From the NCBI RefSeq assembly GCF_006345805.1, contig NC_043010.1:22134001-22198000 (forward strand): DNA of 64,000 nt, in the 5' to 3' direction. This document shows positions 37,979 to 51,224 of the stretch, piece by piece; position 1 is the stretch's first letter; each line of letters starts with the position of its first letter. A model generated the notes under the pieces. The model was given only the letters and a program-made list of their open reading frames with translations, was not told the origin of the DNA and did not search any database. The position numbers and the translations under genes are program-made. Source of the DNA: Octopus sinensis (taxonomy: Eukaryota).

Positions 37979-38003
37979 ATATATACATATATTATATATA
38001 TGC

Positions 38004-38034
<31 letters not shown>

Positions 38035-38243
38035 TATATATATATACATACATACATACATATATATATGCATTATATATATATATATATACACATATAT
38101 ACATACATATATATATATATATGCATATATATATATATATACACACACACATATATATATATACATACATACATACATATATATATATATATGCATATAT
38201 ATATATATATACACATATATACATACATATATATATATATGTG

Positions 38244-38285
<42 letters not shown>

Positions 38286-39111
38286 TGTGTGTGTGTGTGT
38301 GTGCACATGTTGGCTTTCACGCTAGCGTTCTGGTTAAAATTCCAGATATAAGTACGGCACGGCACAGGCTTCACTAAATTAAGAGTTTTACCTGGCTGTT
38401 ACTAGGTTCCGAGATACGATTTTACTGCCCCGCACTTTATGCCGGTAGCGTTTGTTCGACTCAGGATTTGTGATAACAATTTGGTGGAGTAAAACTACTT
38501 TGAACTGATCCTCTTCTTAACCGTTACATTTGGTTTGTTCCATTTAACACCATCAGCTTAACTCTGTGTTTCTTTAGCGAAGTTCTTTCTGCAAGGATTG
38601 AGAAAGAAACTCTAGTCTGACGATGCCTCGAAATCTTCATTCTCTGCTTCCCGTTGCAACAACCCATGTGCCGTTGTTTCTCTTGGCCCATTACACTCAT
38701 CACTTTAGAAGACCCTACAAAAATAGTATAGAATTTAAAATTTCAATCTATATGATCGAGATCGGATACGATCTATTTACTTCGACCATGGGAAATTGTT
38801 TTGAATCCTGTTCTAACCCACTCAGTTTCAATTCAGTTGAAATCCAATACAATGTTTCTCTCATCTCTACAAGATATAGTCTTAAAGTAGTGAGTGAAGA
38901 ATCGTTAGGTATTATTTGTTCCAACTCCTTAAAATCGATACGCAATCCCCGCCGCCCAACTTTGCCACTGATCCTATGAAAGTTGATTCATCGCATAGGA
39001 GTACCGGGGCGTTGCTATCCACTGACCATCTTCCCTCAACATTTCTGGCTTTGTGCCTAAACCATACATCATTAAGATATGGCCTTTGCACCCAATAGAA
39101 TGCAACTAGAG

Positions 39112-39342
39112 GCGGCGAGCTGGCAGAAACGTTAGCACGCCGGGTAAAAATGCTTAGCAGTATTACGCCAGTCTTTACGTTCTGAGTTCAAATTTCACCG
39201 AGGTCGGATTTGCCTTTCATCCTTTCGGTTTCGATTAAATAAGTACCAGTTACGCACTGGGATCGATATAATCGACTTAATTCGTTTGTCTGTCTTTGTC
39301 TGTTCCCTCTGTGTGTAGCTGTTTGTGGACAGTAAAGAAATA
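39112..39342 (+). mobile_element. SINE family B, full length with 15-bp target-site duplication
   Basis: TSD AGAATGCAACTAGAG at 39097-39111 and 39343-39357. Confidence 0.92.
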
Positions 39343-40878
39343 AGAATGCAACTAGAGTGCCTTAGTGAATACACAACACTATCTCGATTCATAAAATTCG
39401 TGCAAGCTGGTTAAGTATGAAAGTTACGAAATGATTTCAACGCCATCTATAAATATATGGCTTCTATCTGGAAAGAAGAAATTTATTTTATAAATCGGTT
39501 GAATAAACGGCAACAAAAGCCGAGTCTCCGTTATTTTTGGTTTTGTGGCTGCATTGTTTTATCTCTCTATCCTCGGTTTTATGTTATTTTTCAAAATTAA
39601 CAAAGTGTTAAAGATATTTACAATGTATCGTAACAACGCCTTCGTATTATTAGCTTGTTCAATATTCGATATAACTTTTATGTATTCCTGGTAGGAGAGG
39701 AGGTTTAGATATTTATTGCTAAATACATTCACTTTTCTGTGTTTTAACATTGTAATATGTTTAATAATTGCATCAGTCGCACAGTTTTTCCCCCCGGATA
39801 GCAAGGTTAGTAATAAAAGACTTACAAACAGTTTTATTATAGTGAAATAATTACTCATCGAACGATTTTGATATCCGATTCATAGAGAATAAAATACCTG
39901 ATTAACGATAGCGAGGCTCGTTATTTTGATAGTCGTGTGTTCGGGTAGAAAGCTAAATTGTAACGGAAACAAAAGGATGAGAAGCTAATTGGAAATAATA
40001 CGGCAAATAGATATAGAGGCGAGTAAAGACTGCGATATAGTTTACTATAGGTTCGTTGAATAACTATGAAACATGAATTTCAGTCATTTGATCTATATTC
40101 TCACCCCGAAGGACATTTCATGTTGTTTAGCGTACATTGTCTTTATTGTCAAAGTAAATAGAACTCGAAAATGTGTTCAGATTAATATTTGTAAATCAGA
40201 GAGAAAAGGAACGACAATAAAAGCTGTTGATGTTAGTCATTATGGAAAAATAACTTAATCGAATTAGCAGTGAAGATGAAAAGTTTTATATTATATTCAT
40301 CGCCGCTTTTTCAGCAATGATAATTTAGTTAGAATGAAGTTTACATGACCGAGAATAGAATATTTTCAATATTTCTTTTTTACGGTATGTATGAATTTCA
40401 TTGTGTCAATGTATTTCTATGCTTTGACTTAACAATGTGTACACACACATATGTATATATTCTAGCATTGTTTGTAGATTTCGAATGTATTTTAACCAGT
40501 TACCAGCTTTTTGAAAAGCTTCTAATGTAAGCACATTCAGTAGTGGAAAATAAACGTTATTATGTTTATAAATTTTCTTTCTTCTTTTCCCACTCTTTAA
40601 AAGGTCTTGCAAATTTTATTGTCCCAGATAGGTCGGCCAGATGTTGCTGATATTTGCGATAATCTCTACTTCCTTCGAAAACCGAAATTCAGCCATGTAA
40701 ATTGATGCTACATAACCGTCCTTCTAATAATAATAGATATCAAGATGAGAGTGTATTTTAGTTACTGGGTTTGTTGTTTCCTCTTCTATGGTCTATAAAT
40801 ACATCCTTTCTCTTAGAATTTCCTTGCAACCTCGATATCAAATGGAATATGTACTTTTATCTACTCCTAATATATATA

Positions 40879-40909
<31 letters not shown>

Positions 40910-41404
40910 CTGTCTTTGATTATTCGACCTCTTCTGAGGAAGGAGCTGATTCCTAAGACAGATACAAAGCTCCATTGTTTGAACGAAGACAAAGAAAACA
41001 ACCTAATATTTTATGTATGCACGCATGTATGTTTAATGTATGTACATATGTATGTATTTATGTATTTTGTTGCGTTATCCAATAGAAGTAACGTCCGTAG
41101 GTGACGGTGTGTATAAACTGTGTATACCAAGGAACAATGTAAATATCGACGGTACATGAAAACGAAGTAGATATTGTCATTATCAATATTATTATTATTT
41201 ATTTCATTATATACATTTACAATTTACACAAATAATGGTGTTTATATTTCCAGTATAAATTATTTTAACTTACAGTTTGAGAAAAAAAGGTTTTCATCCA
41301 TCCATAACAAAATATTACACTGTCATAATATTATTTTAGATTTCGAGATATATATATATATATATGTATATATATGATATATATATATATGTATGATATA
41401 TATA

Positions 41405-41453
<49 letters not shown>

Positions 41454-41507
41454 ATATATATATGATATATATATATATATATGTATGGATATATAATATA
41501 TATGTAT

Positions 41508-41605
<98 letters not shown>

Positions 41606-42156
41606 GTTTACATATATATAAGTAATGTATGCACACGTACACATTCTATTGGATTCAGGTGTCAATATATTTTTTAAAAAAGAACTGTTATTTAGAAATT
41701 GGCAATAAAAATATCTACAGTGTTATTTATTGAATATCTTGAATGTAATATCTAATAATCTAGGAACTTATGACGGAGAAAGATATCCTTAAACACGAGA
41801 TAAGAAATTTAAATTGAAGTATGGTAATGAAGAAAAAATTTGAATAATTTTCAAGTCAACACAAGACAAAGAAATTTTCAAGTCAAAATTGAATCAATAA
41901 AATTTAATGTATGTATACTACAAAAACCATTTGATCGTCAATTGAATATCTGGCGATAAAGGTTTTCGAAAGTTCCTCGTGACTAAAATTCCTTATTTCT
42001 TAATTTTAAAATCAAAAAATATAGTGTTTTAATTTTTGGATAAATATATTTATCTTGTTACGAAAATCATTTTTGGATTGAAACATCAAGTGAGGGTTTA
42101 TGTTCCCGACAATTAGTCAAATGTTTAGCTTTGGGTTAATCTTGATAAAGTAGAGT

Positions 42157-43330
42157 GGCACTCCGTCGGTTACGACGAGGAGGTTCCTAGTTGATCCGAT
42201 CAACGAAACAGCCTGCTCGTAAAATTAACATGCAAGTGGCTGAGCACTCCGCAGACACGCATACCTTTAACCTGGTTCTCAGGAAGATTCAGCGTGACAC
42301 AGGATGCGACAAGGCTAGCATTTTGAAATACAGGTACTACACATTTTTGCCAGTTGATTGGAATGGAGCAACATAAAATGAAGTGTCTTGTCCAAGGTCA
42401 CAACTTGCTGCCTTATATCGAACTCACGACTTTACGATCGTGATTCAAATAGCCAAAACACTAGGCCACGCATTTTCACCTTGATAAAGTGGGATTATGT
42501 TGAAAAGTTTTCTATATGGAATCACTCCGTCTCTCCTTTTGTTCTGCATGAAAACCAGTTTAGTGTCCTTAAATTTCCAACATTGTCGACACAAGAAACT
42601 AGAGATTTGAGGGCAAACTTCAATCGATTATAGCGGTCCCAGTATCCTACTAGTACATTCTTTTATTAAACTCATGACGGCGAGCTGGCAGAAACGTTAG
42701 CACGTCAGGCGAAATGCGTAGCCGTATTTCGTCTGCCGTTCAGTTCTGAATTCAAATTCCTCCGATGTCAACTTTGCCTTTCATCCTTTCGGGGTCGATT
42801 AAATAAGTACCAGTTACGTACTGGGCTCGATATAATCGACTTAATCCGTTTGTCTGTTTTGTTTGTTCTCTCTGTGTTTAGCACCTTGTGGGTAGTAAAT
42901 AAATAGATATTTCGTCTGTTGTTACGTTCTGAGTTCAAATTCCGCCGAGGTCAACTTTCATTCTTTCGGAGTCGATAAATTAAGTACCAGTTGCGTACTA
43001 GGATCAATCTAAAAGACTGGTCCCCTCCAACCAAAATTTCGGGTTTTGTGCCAAGAGTAGAAAAGATCATTTTATCAACCTCTTAGAAACTTGCGCTCTG
43101 TAGGATACGAACACGGATCATTGATAAACAGAATAACTTTAAGTCATCGTTAGAGCATCGGAAAAATGTATTGGCGTATATTTTGGCTCTTTATATTTTG
43201 AGTTCAAATCTCAACTTGGTCACCTTTCTTTTTCATCCTTTTGGAACCGGAAAAAAATTAAGTTGACAATATGCTGCGATCGATATCATTGACTAAAGCC
43301 TCCTCTAAAAATTGCTTGCCTAGAAACTAA
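42157..43330. mobile_element. SINE cluster: family C (-) 42157-42335, another SINE-like piece (-) 42350-42478, family B (+) 42678-42905 with tandem partial units to ~43330
   Basis: Motif matches to other copies; GAGTTCAAAT B-boxes recur. Confidence 0.78.
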
Positions 43331-44440
43331 ATCAGAGATTGTTATTTATTCCGTCTCGGCATCTTGTGAATGGGCATCGGAAGTGAATGGGCATCGGAAA
43401 TTTAGTTGAATCTAGGATATTACTGGTTGGGCTGAAGATAACATTCTCCCTTACCCCCAACTGTTAAGAAGGCTCTGAACAGGGTCAGAGACACTGCCAT
43501 TCCTGGGCTTTTTTTTCTTTACCGTTTAACGACAGAGAGAATCGCAGTGCTCTAGCCTACTCTATTTTCAGGAAAACTGAAACTCTGACTAAAAAGTGGG
43601 CCGAATTCGTGCAACAGCCTGGATTCTGCTAGATACACCCAAGACCAATCTACGCGACAGATTAAAGCTTTCGCTTGAGAATTCTGAACTGAAAGTCTTG
43701 GAAGAAATACTGCAAAGCACCTCGTCTAACGTATCAAGTTCACCAATCCATAAGTCTCAACTGGTTCTTCATTTTATGGATACTGAAAGGATGTAAGATA
43801 AATATATCCTCAGCAGGATTTGAACTTACAGCTTAGAAAACCAGAAGAAGACTTCGCTCTTACACTTTAGTGGTTCTATTAAATCGTTGCCTAAACTATT
43901 AAATTCAACGAAGCAAAAGTAAATACTGTTACACAACTTAGTACAAATCTTTAGCGTTTCTGACAACATACTAAACACTATCATTAATGTTCTAGCATCA
44001 ATTTTAAGTACTAACGACACCGATTTTCATCAAAGCTCGTTGACTATCCACAATTCGTATTGATATATTGATATCAGATGTAACAGAGTCCATGAAAACG
44101 AGTGGTGGAATGCGTCGGTAAAACTTGTATTCGGAATTTTAAAAAAAACGGCAAAAACAGTGCTTTAAAACTATTATCGAATTTATCAAAAGATGCGTTG
44201 CTGTGTACATTGATCAGCGATAGGCAGGAGGAATTTGAAGTATTTTAGGCGTTTCTGCTGAGTACTACAGTATGAAGAAGTTCTCTGGAGTGAAAACAAT
44301 TTAGTGAAAAATATGATGTGATTTGATCAGCCAGCTTCCTGATGTACAGTGAAATCATTGTTATTTAGTTAACATGTAACCTCTGATCAAACTGAATCAT
44401 GGTCAAAGGTATTTTGTCCCTGAGAATGTTTTCTTCCTTT

Positions 44441-45360
44441 CTTATTTCTTATTTCATTATTGCCCACAATGAGCTAAACATAGAGGGGACAAACAAGGAC
44501 AAAGGGATTAAATCGATTACATCGTCCCCAGTGCGTAAATTTATCGACCCCGAAAGGATGAAGGGCAAAATCGAACTCGGCGGAATTTGAACTCGGAACG
44601 TAACGACAGACGAAATACCGCTAAGCATTTCGCCCGGTGTGCTAACGTTTCTGTCAGGTCGCCGCTTTCCTTTCTGCTGTACAATGCACCACAACAATGA
44701 TAACCATTGTATTTATGTCCTGATTTTTAAAAAAATACACGCGGGCGTGGCTGTGTAGTGAGATGATTATTTTCCTTTGCACCTTAGGCAAGTAACTTCT
44801 ATTATAGCAGTGAACCGACCAAAGCCTTGTGAATGGATTTGGTAGACGAAAACTGAAAGGAGACCTATATGAGGAACTTACTTTCAAAACAGTATAAGTT
44901 CATATTTGGTCGATTTCATGATAACTATTAAATCACAATCTGCAGGCTGCTGCCTCAACACACTTGAAATGTTCTTCAGTCAAACTGGGATAGATGCCAC
45001 ATATAGAGAGGAGGCGAATCTTAATCTTCCAATCAAAACCAGATTATTCAAATTGTTGCTTTAAACAATTACTCATAAATACTTACGATGCATAGATCTG
45101 GTTTTGAAAGTAAACTCTTCATATATACATGTAGGTATGTATGTGTGTATCTGTCTTTGTGTCTGAATTTTTGCCCCACTACCGCTTTCCAACTAGTGTT
45201 GGTGTACTTACGTCCCCGTAACTTAGCGGCTAGGTAAAAGACACCGATAGAATAAGTACAAGGCTTGAAAATGGTATTGGGGTCGATTAATTTGACTAAA
45301 AATTCTTCAAGGCATTGCTCCAGCATGGCCGCATTTAAATGACTGAAACAAATAAAACAT
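44441..45360. mobile_element. SINE family B (-) 44441-44666 and decayed family A pieces (+) 44740-44870 and 45140-45360
   Basis: Motif matches to other copies. Confidence 0.75.
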
Positions 45361-46066
45361 AAAAACATTATTTTGAGATAGAATTCTCAACTATTTTAGC
45401 ATACAGAGTGTCCACATTGCGGTGCCCTTAATGGTTCGTGGAATTATGAGGTTGTGTGTCCGAGTGTCAGGTTTAGAGCAACATCGCCTATTTTCCGAGA
45501 CAAGTCACCGAATTGAAGTTTCCTTTCAACTTGACATCTAAATATTTAGCCACTTCCTATCAACATTAGACGTTATATTTATGTTATATTTATTATTGAA
45601 TCTATGTCTACAGCCAATATCATTTAATATCTATCGATCTGCCACTTTAATGATACACTGCATTATTATCATTCAGTCTAAATAAATGGCCAATAAATCA
45701 TTTGATATCACTTTTTCAAGATGTGATTTGCGATAGCCAGCCTTAGGATAGTTGACACGTAAGGTCAGCTATTGATTCGATATATATTTCCTTTCGGCTA
45801 TTGTGTCGTAAGGTATACGGTACATTAAAGTTTAATACTTTATGGCCAACGCTAATGTCGTGTCCACCATTTCAAATGTTATCGAGTTTATTTTCAAACA
45901 TGAGTAAATATTGTCAGGCATTTGAGCAACAATATACTTGGTGTGGTCTTTCACTCAGATTTATCTAACCGAAAGATTAAGTTCCAGATTTATAATTTTG
46001 ATTCTGTCTACTGATTCTATTAGATCTGTAATGTGCCAGTTTCTACAAATTCTAAACTCCAATATA

Positions 46067-46523
46067 CGAGAGGGTGCTGAAAAGTTCGTAGCTTTGGGTA
46101 AAGGAAAAAAAGCAGATGCAGGAGGATCAGTTAATTATGATTTTATTCAACATATTCTTTTTTAATCTAGACACAAGGCCAGAAATTTTGGTGGGTGGGG
46201 CCCGTCGATTAGATCAACCCCAGTGCGCAACTGGTACTTAATATATCGACCTCGAAAGGGTGAAAGGCAAAGTCGACCTCGACGGAATTTGGACTGAGAA
46301 CATAAAGACAGACGAAACACCGCTAAACATCTCGCCTGGTGTGCTAACGTTTCTGCCAGCTTCGCTGACTAATTTTAATCAACATATTTCGTCTCTCAGA
46401 TTCACACATTTATTGCAGCGGTCCTTCAGTTTTTCTAAGCCCTGTAAAAGAACTAAGAAGATTGGGCCTGTAACCAGGCCTTTCGCGGCACCCTTAAGTC
46501 AAGAGGTTTTTAGCGCCATCTCG
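46067..46523 (-). mobile_element. Mariner-derived MITE with a nested family B SINE
   Basis: TA|CGAGAGGGTGCTGAAAAG and imperfect inverse TA|CGAGATGGCGCTAAAAAC. Minus strand reads LQGLEKLKDRCNKCVNLR, like a mariner transposase C-terminus. The SINE at ~46165-46372 is flanked by TTTTA(T/A)TCAACATATT. Confidence 0.75.
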
Positions 46524-46649
46524 TAGTGTAAAGTACAAACTAAGGAATTTAAATCACTTGAAACCCATTTCTTGGACAGACAAATCTTGGATAAACAATT
46601 CTTGGACAGAAAGTTCTTGACAGACAATTCTACAACTTACAACTTGGTT

Positions 46650-47940
46650 TCTTATCTCTTAGTTGTTTCAGTCATTAGACCGTGGCCATGCTGGAGCATC
46701 GCCTTGAAGAATTTTTAATTGACTCGGGTACTTATTTTTTTGAAGCGTGGTACTTATTCTATCCGACACTTTTACCGAACCGCTAAGTTACGTGGACGTA
46801 AACACGACACGGGTTGTTAAGCAGTGGGGGAGGACAGACATAATGATAAACACGCACACACACACACACATACACACACACACATATATATATATATATA
46901 TGCTATGGGCTTCTTTCAGTTTCCGTCTACCAAATCCATTCACAAGTCTTTGGTGAACCCAAGGTCATTGTAGAAAACACTTGCCCAAAATGAAACGCAG
47001 ACTGATGGAGCTGGAACCACGTGGTTTGGAAGCAAACTTCTCACCACTGCGCCTATCTTGAAATATTTACTATGAATCTCAAGAACGGAGGCTTTCGTCA
47101 TTTTGTATAACTGATCCCTACTTCGTTTCTTTTCACAATGAATCAAAGCTCTGGACTCAGTAATTATTTCCACAAACATAGATAAAAACTCAACTGATAG
47201 TCATCCTTAATTCACTCACCAACCTCAAGGACCAAATACTTGCTGCTTCCCCTCTCTTTGCCATTATGTGTCGGGACTACGATGGCCCTTTTCTCACCAT
47301 ACATTAAGTAGTTACAAACCACTCCACGTATTTCAACGCATATATTCTCAACAAAGGCGGTGCTCCAGCAAAACCACAGTCAAATGACTGAAACAAGGAA
47401 AAGAGAAAAGAGTAAACTAAATTCAGGAGAATGTTTGAATTCCAAATTAAAATAATTGCTTTTGTCATATGACATTAAAGTTAATAGGCATAAATTTCAT
47501 ATTATTTTCTACTAAAAGCACAAGGTCTGAAACTTGGGGAAGGGGGACTAGTCAATTATATCGACCCCAGTGTTTCACTGGTACTTAATCTATCGACCCC
47601 GAAAGGATGGAAGGAAAAGTAGACCTCGGCGGAATTTGAGATCAGAACGTAAAGGTGGACGAAATGTCACCAAGCAATTTATCCGGAGTGCTAATATAAA
47701 TTTCGTAATATTAATTTTCTCCGAGGGTGGTGAGCTGGTAGAATCGTAAACATACCGGAGAAAAAGTTTAGCATTATTTCGTCTCTCTTTACGTTCTGAG
47801 TTCAAATATCACCAAATCCGACTTCGTCTTTCTTTCTTTCGAGGTCAATAAAATAAGTACCAGTTAAGAATTAGAGGCAGTGTATTTAACGACCCCCTCC
47901 TCCGAAATTGCTTTCCTTCTGCCAAAATTAGAAACCGATA
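46650..47940. mobile_element. SINE cluster: family A (-) 46650-47060, family A tail 47350-47410, family B (-) 47520-47700 and (+) 47725-47880
   Basis: Motif matches to other copies. Confidence 0.72.
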
Positions 47941-48541
47941 TTAATTTTCCCCGTCTAAAGCATAGTTTAGTACCTCTTTGTCAAATTACAGTAAATTTAG
48001 GTTTTAGGCCTTCATTATTTGGTAAATATTTCCCTAGAGAAATATACCAACAACTCCCAAAGATAATAACCAAAATGTGCGACATTAAGATAGACTTTTC
48101 CTGTCAGAATATAAGAGCTATATACTCTTGACAGAAAATCAATTCAATTATTTAATACAGTTTTTTTTTTAGGTGTATATAATGTTAATCTTATTTGTGA
48201 TAATTCAGTAGTAATCTTTTATTTGTAATTATGATGCCTGATTTACGATCATTCTAAAGTAATCTTTTATTTCTAATTATGAAGCCTGTCTGCTCTCAGA
48301 CTGTAAATATATCGGCAGATTAACCCTGGAATAATTGCACACGCCTGTTGCTGTCTGCTTCGTCAATTTGGTGTTTCCGTTCCAAGATCAATCTGCTGCT
48401 ATGACAACGTACAATAATTGTTACTTCCCAAGCTTACTGATAGATGAAAATTTATTTTACACGGTAAAACTATTCTGTAAGTGGGGCCCTATATTTCTTC
48501 GCCTTTCTATGCTAATTATCCAGGTCAGTTTATTATTATTA

Positions 48542-48607
<66 letters not shown>

Positions 48608-49019
48608 CATCATCATTATTATTATATACTGTGACATGAATCTGATCGCTATGTGTTACTTTATTAAGATAATAAGACACAGCAGAACACTTCTAGTTCT
48701 CAGTGTTACTCTGCTGACCCATTACCGATGTTAATTAAACTTCAGGGTGGATTACAGCAAGTGTCATGCGTCAGACATTTTTCATTTTACTGTTACATAT
48801 ATTTATGGTCAAAACTTGCCGAAACATCTTTGTTCCACATCTGTCTCCTGGCGATCAAATAATCACCAGTTCTGAACTGATTTGATCAAATTCAGCTCTC
48901 TGTTCCTCCCTCTGCATGTGCAGCCTTGAGTCAATGTAAACATTAGATAAGACAGAACAACATGGATAATAAATACAATTATATATACATATGCACGTAC
49001 ACAAACACACACGTGCACG

Positions 49020-49050
<31 letters not shown>

Positions 49051-49069
49051 CACACACACACACACATAT

Positions 49070-49137
<68 letters not shown>

Positions 49138-49204
49138 TATATAACACGTGTTTAGACAACAAGCACGGACAATCCAGTACAATTTGTTTCAGACCTCTCA
49201 TATT

Positions 49205-49380
49205 CTTTCCTACTCTAGGCACAAAGCCCGAAATTTTGGGGGAGGGGCCAGTTGATTAGATCGAACCCAGTACGCAACTGGTACTTAATTTATCGACATC
49301 GAAAGGATGAAATACAAAGTTGATCTCGGCGGAATTTGAACTCAGGACGTAAAGACAGACGATTCTGCCAGCCCGACGCC
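49205..49380 (-). mobile_element. SINE family B
   Basis: Reverse complement shows GAGTTCAAATTCCGCCGAG and AAGTACCAGTTGCGTACTGGG. Confidence 0.8.
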
Positions 49381-50779
49381 TAAACCTCTCATATTTTGCC
49401 GGGTTTCTTTGTTCAGCGATATATTTTCGCAGCCTTTATTGAATAAATAATTACTATAATTATTCGGATGGATAATCAACGTTGATCATTGAACATGTTT
49501 GTTATGCCAGCATTTAATTAGCTTAACCCGTACCCGTTTGCAGACTGGACTGCGGTTCTCCTCCACTGTTTGCGTTTCATTGTTTCCTCTATCTTTCTTC
49601 CACTTACCCTTTTGACAGAATTCCACTTTTTCCTAAAATTCTCCACGCCCTGTAGTTCATGGTTTTCTCAATCTCGTTCTTCCAACTCTTCTATTATTTC
49701 GGCGTCTTCATAACGACGATGCTATTTCTACGGTTTCTTCGTTTCTGCTAGTGACATTAAAAGACAAAAGATATTTTTAACTAACTCATTTATATTACAA
49801 CAATGCGGAAGCTTCGATAAGATGTGAAATAAATCACTTTAAAGGCGAGTCTCGAAGTGGATACGGCTATAAATAATAACATGTAATACAATAGTTTAAA
49901 AACGCTTTGTATGAAAAACAAAGACTGAAGGCTTTTTGCAAGACTTAGCTGAGACTCCTTTTTATCCTCCAGTCCATTTGAAATAAAATACACACTAGTC
50001 AATGATTATGAAAGACTCAATTAGAAATGATGTACCGACAATTAGTCAAAATTCAGGTTTTTTTAATATATAATAGTTTTCGAACTATTAATAGATGTTT
50101 AAAAAAGGTAGAGATCTGTTCTGAAAGAATGCACCCTATACCATGAGTTTTCCGTCTTTTAAGATTTATCTAGGTTTAATATTAGCAGCTAAATCCATCT
50201 CAAATCACACTCACTCTCTTAGAAAGATTCGGGAAGATAAAATATGGAATTGGTTATCTAGTTTAATTATCATAAAAGTGCTAGTCGTGATTTGAGGGTG
50301 AATTAACATCAATGTCTAGAGCTTTAAGCATCTATAGTGACGCTTCTTATTTGAGTAGAAGTATAGTTCTGATAAAACATCGATATAGATTATTGAAGTG
50401 GAATGGAAAATAATGCTCAGTTCAGCAGATACAACGGAATAAATGATCGATGGTAGATTTGTCTTTCACCGCTGTGCATATGTACGTATGCATATGTAGG
50501 TATATATATTTGCAGTAAAAAAATCTTTAACCATGTCCTCTGACAAAGTAATTTGTAAAGACTATGTTACTTCTAAAATCTCATTCATTTTCTTATTTTT
50601 TCTAACGCTTGTTGCTCATCATTCTCTATTTGCAAAAGTATGGCTGTCCGGTTGACAAGTTTCATTTGTAAATACGCGGTGTTGGTTTAGGCTGTCTCCT
50701 ACTCGTCAGTAACTTTAAACAACATTTTAATATCGTAAACACGAGTCGTAGAAATATTTAAGAGCGAAATTTGGAAGTG

Positions 50780-50965
50780 AGTAAGAGGAAAGAATCCTGT
50801 TGAATTTTGTGGTGTAAGAGATATGTTAGACAGTCCCTGCCACAGCAAAATCCATGCTAGTTGGAATTTAGGAGCTTGTGGATCTCCAGGAAGCCAGCAA
50901 TTCTTGATCTTACCACTCTTTCGAACACTTTAATGAATTACGGGCATGGATGAACATCATGTATT
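50780..50965 (-). mobile_element. CR1-like LINE fragment, diverged relative of 52540-52670
   Basis: agacagt.cctgccacagc.aaa.ccatgct...gaatttaggag...cttgatctta...aacactttaatga is shared by both. Confidence 0.7.
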
Positions 50966-51224
50966 TACAGTCTGCATGTCTTTAACAGACGCCACGAAGT
51001 TCGAAATGTTTAGGTCAGATCTTTATTTTACATCTTTTATTCTTTAATTCTATTTCTTTCAATCATTGGAATGCGGCCATACTGGAACACCGCCTTGAAG
51101 GGTTTAGTCGAACAAATGTACGGCAGTAGTTACTCTATCGGCCTATTTTACCGAACCGGTGGTTGTGGGTAAACACAAGGACAAAGGTACACACACATGC
51201 GTATTAGCAAATAAATATGTAAGA

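Noticed and set aside
40928-40960. CTGAGGA-A-GGA-GCTGAT-TCC
   Set aside because: The GAAA core is missing (TAAGAC), so at best a dead remnant.
43572-43796. Acceptor TATTTTCAG followed by KTETLTKKWAEFVQQPGFC*, and ORF 43596-43796
   Set aside because: Short, no recognised homology, no consistent donor.
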